Shown piece by piece: positions 26,129 to 29,241 of a stretch of 29,241 bases of DNA. The position numbers and the translations under genes were made by a program. The stretch is taken from NCBI GenBank assembly GCA_038824665.1, contig JAWBBK010000001.1, positions 476,410 to 505,650 of the forward strand, in the 5' to 3' direction. The DNA is from Acidilobaceae archaeon. GTDB lineage: Archaea; Thermoproteota; Thermoprotei_A; Sulfolobales; Acidilobaceae. Numbering within the stretch: position 1 is the first letter of the stretch; each line of letters begins with the position of its first letter. The notes under the pieces are model-generated. The model made no database searches and had not been told where the DNA came from. It was given only the letters and a program-made list of their open reading frames with translations.

Positions 26129-26431
26129 CTATCCCTTCGGCATCTTCTTAACTCTAGGCTTATATAGTATGAACGTTCTTCCTCTCACATCGACTAACGT
26201 TGCTCTAACAGCATGACTTACCTTTTCGGCTATCTCTTGTCTCGTGAGTCCTGTGACCACTAGAGCTGACTTTAAAATCTTGACCTTAACTATCTCTTTT
26301 TTCTCGAGTCTAGCTTTTATTTCGTTGATTACTCCTTCTGTAAGTCCTTGCTTGCCTATCTGTACTTCGCTAGGACCGTGAACGCTCTTAGCGACTCGCT
26401 CCTTTAAGTTCAAAGCTAACCCCTCTAACAC
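26129..26431 (-). CDS. YhbY/CRM-domain RNA-binding protein
   Basis: VQIGKQGLT, L.K.EIVKVK and GRTFILYK; the true start may be TTG 26413 (GAGGGG upstream). Confidence 0.92.
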   Translation of the reverse strand: MLEGLALNLKERVAKSVHGPSEVQIGKQGLTEGVINEIKARLEKKEIVKVKILKSALVVTGLTRQEIAEKVSHAVRATLVDVRGRTFILYKPRVKKMPKG

Positions 26432-26760
26432 TTCTTGAATGGACGCCTATGTATATATCCGCAGAGCTTACACTTAATCACTATGTATGAGAAGCTTCTG
26501 CTTTGAGACCTAACTCTAACTGTACACGTAGTCCCCGGAAGAAGAACAACGTAGCAGTTGCGACATATAGTTCTCTTAAGCTGTCTAGATAATCTAACGC
26601 CTGTTCTCATAGCTAGCTCTCTTAAATAAAATCCTAACTCCTTAGCTCTTTCATAGTCTCCACTCCTAACAGCTTCTACTGCTTGAGAAAACACTATCTT
26701 AGCTCTCTGACGAACTAAATCTTTAAGTAACTTCTTGACCTTCTGTTGTCGCTTCTTCAA
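26425..26760 (-). CDS. rnp4: Ribonuclease P protein component 4 (Rpp21)
   Basis: KR..CRNC...L.PG...VRVR...CKLCG...R.P zinc ribbon. Confidence 0.93.
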   Translation of the reverse strand: MKKRQQKVKKLLKDLVRQRAKIVFSQAVEAVRSGDYERAKELGFYLRELAMRTGVRLSRQLKRTICRNCYVVLLPGTTCTVRVRSQSRSFSYIVIKCKLCGYIHRRPFKKC

Positions 26761-28534
26761 TTCTCCTCAACTGTCTCTTGTACATCTCAACGATCTCTTC
26801 TTCTGTAGTCACATCTTCTGGGCTTTTGTCTGGTCTCCACCTAATGAACCTTGGGAATCTTATAGAAATTCCTACGCCAGGTCTTATCATATCGAGACCG
26901 CATGTATGCATAGGAGAGAGAGTTAGTTCCGCTCCTAGAACTTCAGCAACAAAGATAGGCTCAACCCAAACGTCTGGTTTCAGCTTGCTCACCACTCTGG
27001 CGTGTTTGTGAGATATGATGTAAGGCTTCAACATTTCATTCATTTTGTCTAGCTCTTCGTCAGTGAAGCCTGTAGCTACTTTGCAAACTGTCTTAAAGAC
27101 GTCAGCTTTGTGATCGTAAGCTGCCATCAGCAGGCTGCTCAACTTTCCTCCACGTTTTCCTTTACCGTAAAAAGCGCCTACCACAACTAAGTCGACTGTG
27201 TCTATCATCTCGCTCTTATAGTCTCTCTTAAACTTAACCCAAAGCCACCCTCTAACGCCTGCAGTATAGACGCTACCGCTATGAAGAGCTTTGATCATCA
27301 AGCCTTCAGCGCCTTCCGCTACGGCTTTATAGAAAAAGTTCATCACGTCGTTTGGGTTGTCTGTAACTACGTGTTCCGCTATCAGCCAGTTCTCGTCTTC
27401 AATCACTACGTTCTCTAGGTACCGTCTTCTTTCAGACAAAGGCTTTACGGTTAGGTCAATACCATCAACATAGAGAACGTCAAAAAGAAACACCTTAACA
27501 GGTACCTCTTTCATTATCTTATCGATCTCGTGTTTCCTCTTCCTCTGCATAAGTTCTTGAAACGGCTTCAGCTCTCCGCTTTCCGGGTCGTACGCTACTA
27601 TCTCGCCTTCTACTATGACCTCTTTAGCTTTTAGACCTCTTTTCGCATACTCGATCACGTCAGGAAACATGTTAGTTATGTTTTCCAATCTCCTTGAGAA
27701 TATCACTATCTTATCTCCTGATCTGTGGATCTGAGCTCTCTCCCCATCGTACTTGTACTCAACTAACGCCTTTCCTCCTACTTTCTTCAAGACCTCATCT
27801 ATGTCTTTACCTCTCTCCGCTAGCATGGGTCTGATGGGAATACCGGGCACAGGAGTGATTTGTTGAAGAGCTTCAACACCGTTACTGGCTACGGTTTTAG
27901 CTATAGCCCCTAAGTCTGTTCTCAAGTTATAAGCTCTCTCGATCACAGGTCTAGCTGTCGAGCCTCCTCCAAAAGCCACAGCTAAGGCATCAAGTATTGT
28001 AGCATCTCCTACTCCAAGCCTCAGTCTGCCCTCAACAAACCTCACTATATACTTGGCCTCAAGAGGCTCTGCATCAGCAAGAAGACCTGCAAGCAGTCTT
28101 ATCTTGACATCTTTACTTCCTTCTCCAACGGTTTCCGCTATCTTATGAAGAGTATCGAAAACCCTGGTTACAGTCAGCTTCTGTTGTGTACTCCCTATGA
28201 AGAGTTCGAGACCTGAAGGCTTTTGTCGCGACTGTCTGGAAAGTCTTTCCGCTACTGAACCCAAGTCACCTAGACTCTTGAAAAGCTTTTCTACAGAGTC
28301 TGTAGAGACTCTATAAGCTTGAGCTAAAGAAGCCATCAACAGCTTTTCTCCTACACCTAGCTCCGGTATCTCCATCCAGTCGGGTCCTAGCTTACCTTGA
28401 ATTAGATACACGACTTTGTCTATGACGTCAGGAGGAGAAGCCTTAAACAACTTAACCAAAATTAGCGTGAGCTGAGTTCTAGCTGTGACCCTTTCTAGAC
28501 TTTGAAACGCTTCTGCGACTTTGTAGAACTCCAT
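26723..28534 (-). CDS. lig: ATP-dependent DNA ligase
   Basis: PMLA, EYKYDGERAQIH, EGLMIK, WVKFK, DLVVVG and RFPRF.R.R.DK motifs. Confidence 0.98.
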   Translation of the reverse strand: MEFYKVAEAFQSLERVTARTQLTLILVKLFKASPPDVIDKVVYLIQGKLGPDWMEIPELGVGEKLLMASLAQAYRVSTDSVEKLFKSLGDLGSVAERLSRQSRQKPSGLELFIGSTQQKLTVTRVFDTLHKIAETVGEGSKDVKIRLLAGLLADAEPLEAKYIVRFVEGRLRLGVGDATILDALAVAFGGGSTARPVIERAYNLRTDLGAIAKTVASNGVEALQQITPVPGIPIRPMLAERGKDIDEVLKKVGGKALVEYKYDGERAQIHRSGDKIVIFSRRLENITNMFPDVIEYAKRGLKAKEVIVEGEIVAYDPESGELKPFQELMQRKRKHEIDKIMKEVPVKVFLFDVLYVDGIDLTVKPLSERRRYLENVVIEDENWLIAEHVVTDNPNDVMNFFYKAVAEGAEGLMIKALHSGSVYTAGVRGWLWVKFKRDYKSEMIDTVDLVVVGAFYGKGKRGGKLSSLLMAAYDHKADVFKTVCKVATGFTDEELDKMNEMLKPYIISHKHARVVSKLKPDVWVEPIFVAEVLGAELTLSPMHTCGLDMIRPGVGISIRFPRFIRWRPDKSPEDVTTEEEIVEMYKRQLRRIEEATTEGQEVT

Positions 28535-28588
28535 GTCTATGTTGACTCACCATATTAGCGATCTATAGAAAGCAAGCCTAAAACGGAG

Positions 28589-28650
28589 AGGGCTCAGCGC
28601 TTGCACACCTCGGGCACTTAGAGCCCTGCGCGCGAGCTCTTCACAGCCCT
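28589..28650 (-). ncRNA. Box C/D-type sRNA candidate immediately 3' of tRNA-Leu
   Basis: Minus strand: AGGGCT-GTGAAGA-gctcgcgcgcagggctCTAAgtgcccgaggtgtgcaagcg-CTGA-GCCCT, giving a terminal stem with box C and box D; GC-rich. Confidence 0.6.
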
Positions 28651-28656
28651 GAAAAG

Positions 28657-28744
28657 TGGTGCGGGGGGTGGGATTTGAACCCACGCAGGCCTACGCCATC
28701 GGGTCCTGAGCCCGACCCCTTTGACCAGGCTCGGGCACCCCCGC
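28657..28744 (-). tRNA. tRNA-Leu(CAG), intronless, CCA encoded
   Basis: GCGGGGGTGCCCGAGCCTGGTCAAAGGGGTCGGGCTCAGGACCCGATGGCGTAGGCCTGCGTGGGTTCAAATCCCACCCCCCGCACCA; anticodon arm TCGGG-CTCAGGA-CCCGA; long variable arm. Confidence 0.97.
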
Positions 28745-29063
28745 ATTATATGTTCTAAAGAGCTTCTTTCTACGCTAAGCTACAAGTAACTCTTTACTTT
28801 CTGAACTATATAGAGCTTTCCTCTTCGTTAAACGATTCCTAAACGTTAGCTTTGTTTCGACTTTGATAAAGAGGCGTTATAACGGCTTTATTGTAGCGAT
28901 TCCTTACAAAACTCGATGACTCAAAGGTCGAGATGAAACTAACCCTTTAGGATATCTAAAATAGTACGTGGTGCTTAGAAGATATTAGTGACGAGCGACC
29001 CCCCAGAGGTTCGAACAGACCTAACCTCTCGCCCCCGGGCCCGGTGGGCTCTGGGATAAGCGC

Positions 29064-29241
29064 TAAAAAGTAAGGATTGAGAACAGAAAGACAAGATAAT
29101 CAATACAGAGTAGTAAGGATATGGGCTTTAAGAGAGTTCGCGCCCGGGCCCCCCTTGGGGCTTCGGGCCTCTCTTAAAGCCCATATCCTTACTACTCTGT
29201 ATTGATTATCTTGTCTTTCTGTTCTCAATCCTTACTTTTTA
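29064..29241. repeat. Perfect inverted repeat, arms of at least 73 bp around a 32-bp GC-rich hairpin core
   Basis: 29064-29136 is the exact reverse complement of 29169-29241; the right arm runs to the window end. Confidence 0.97.

Noticed and set aside
22441-28534. lig-rnp4-yhbY-rps19e-PDCD5-rpl39e-rpl31e-eif6-rpl18a-pfdA-ftsY cluster as a novel system
   Set aside because: Most of this gene order is well known and widely conserved in archaea; the antisense ORFs over it (e.g. 24142-24675) are shadows
28657-28744. tRNA-Leu as attachment site of an integrated element, or an intron-containing tRNA
   Set aside because: No duplicated tRNA fragment or integrase seen, flanking genes are core, and the cloverleaf is complete at 88 nt

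Overview
Core-chromosome segment of a crenarchaeote (Thermoproteota, probably Desulfurococcales/Acidilobales-like, inferred from the split ThrRS, the archaeal r-protein cluster and frequent TTG/GTG starts). Left to right: a short-chain chromate transporter; a minus-strand Mrp/Mbh-type cation/H+ antiporter module without hydrogenase catalytic subunits; a flavin reductase; a thrB-hom-lysC-asd operon (no thrC) preceded by a coupled 26-aa uORF; a plus-strand run of A24 peptidase, freestanding ThrRS editing protein, hypD-hypC-hypE, MBL-fold hydrolase, a highly degenerate acetyl-CoA-synthetase-like protein, a hydrogenase maturation protease and an FdhE-like protein; DHH and HIT genes; the conserved lig-rnp4-yhbY-rps19e-PDCD5-rpl39e-rpl31e-eif6-rpl18a-pfdA-ftsY cluster; and tRNA-Leu(CAG). 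Most notable: (1) the hydrogenase-maturation cluster lacks hypF/A/B but embeds an ANL-family protein with a rewritten ATP-binding loop; (2) two box C/D sRNA candidates, one 6 nt behind the tRNA CCA; (3) three genes that seem to need ATA/ATC/CTG starts; (4) a perfect 66-bp in-frame tandem duplication; (5) a perfect inverted repeat with arms of at least 73 bp running to the window end. No database searches were run; family calls rest on recognised motifs.
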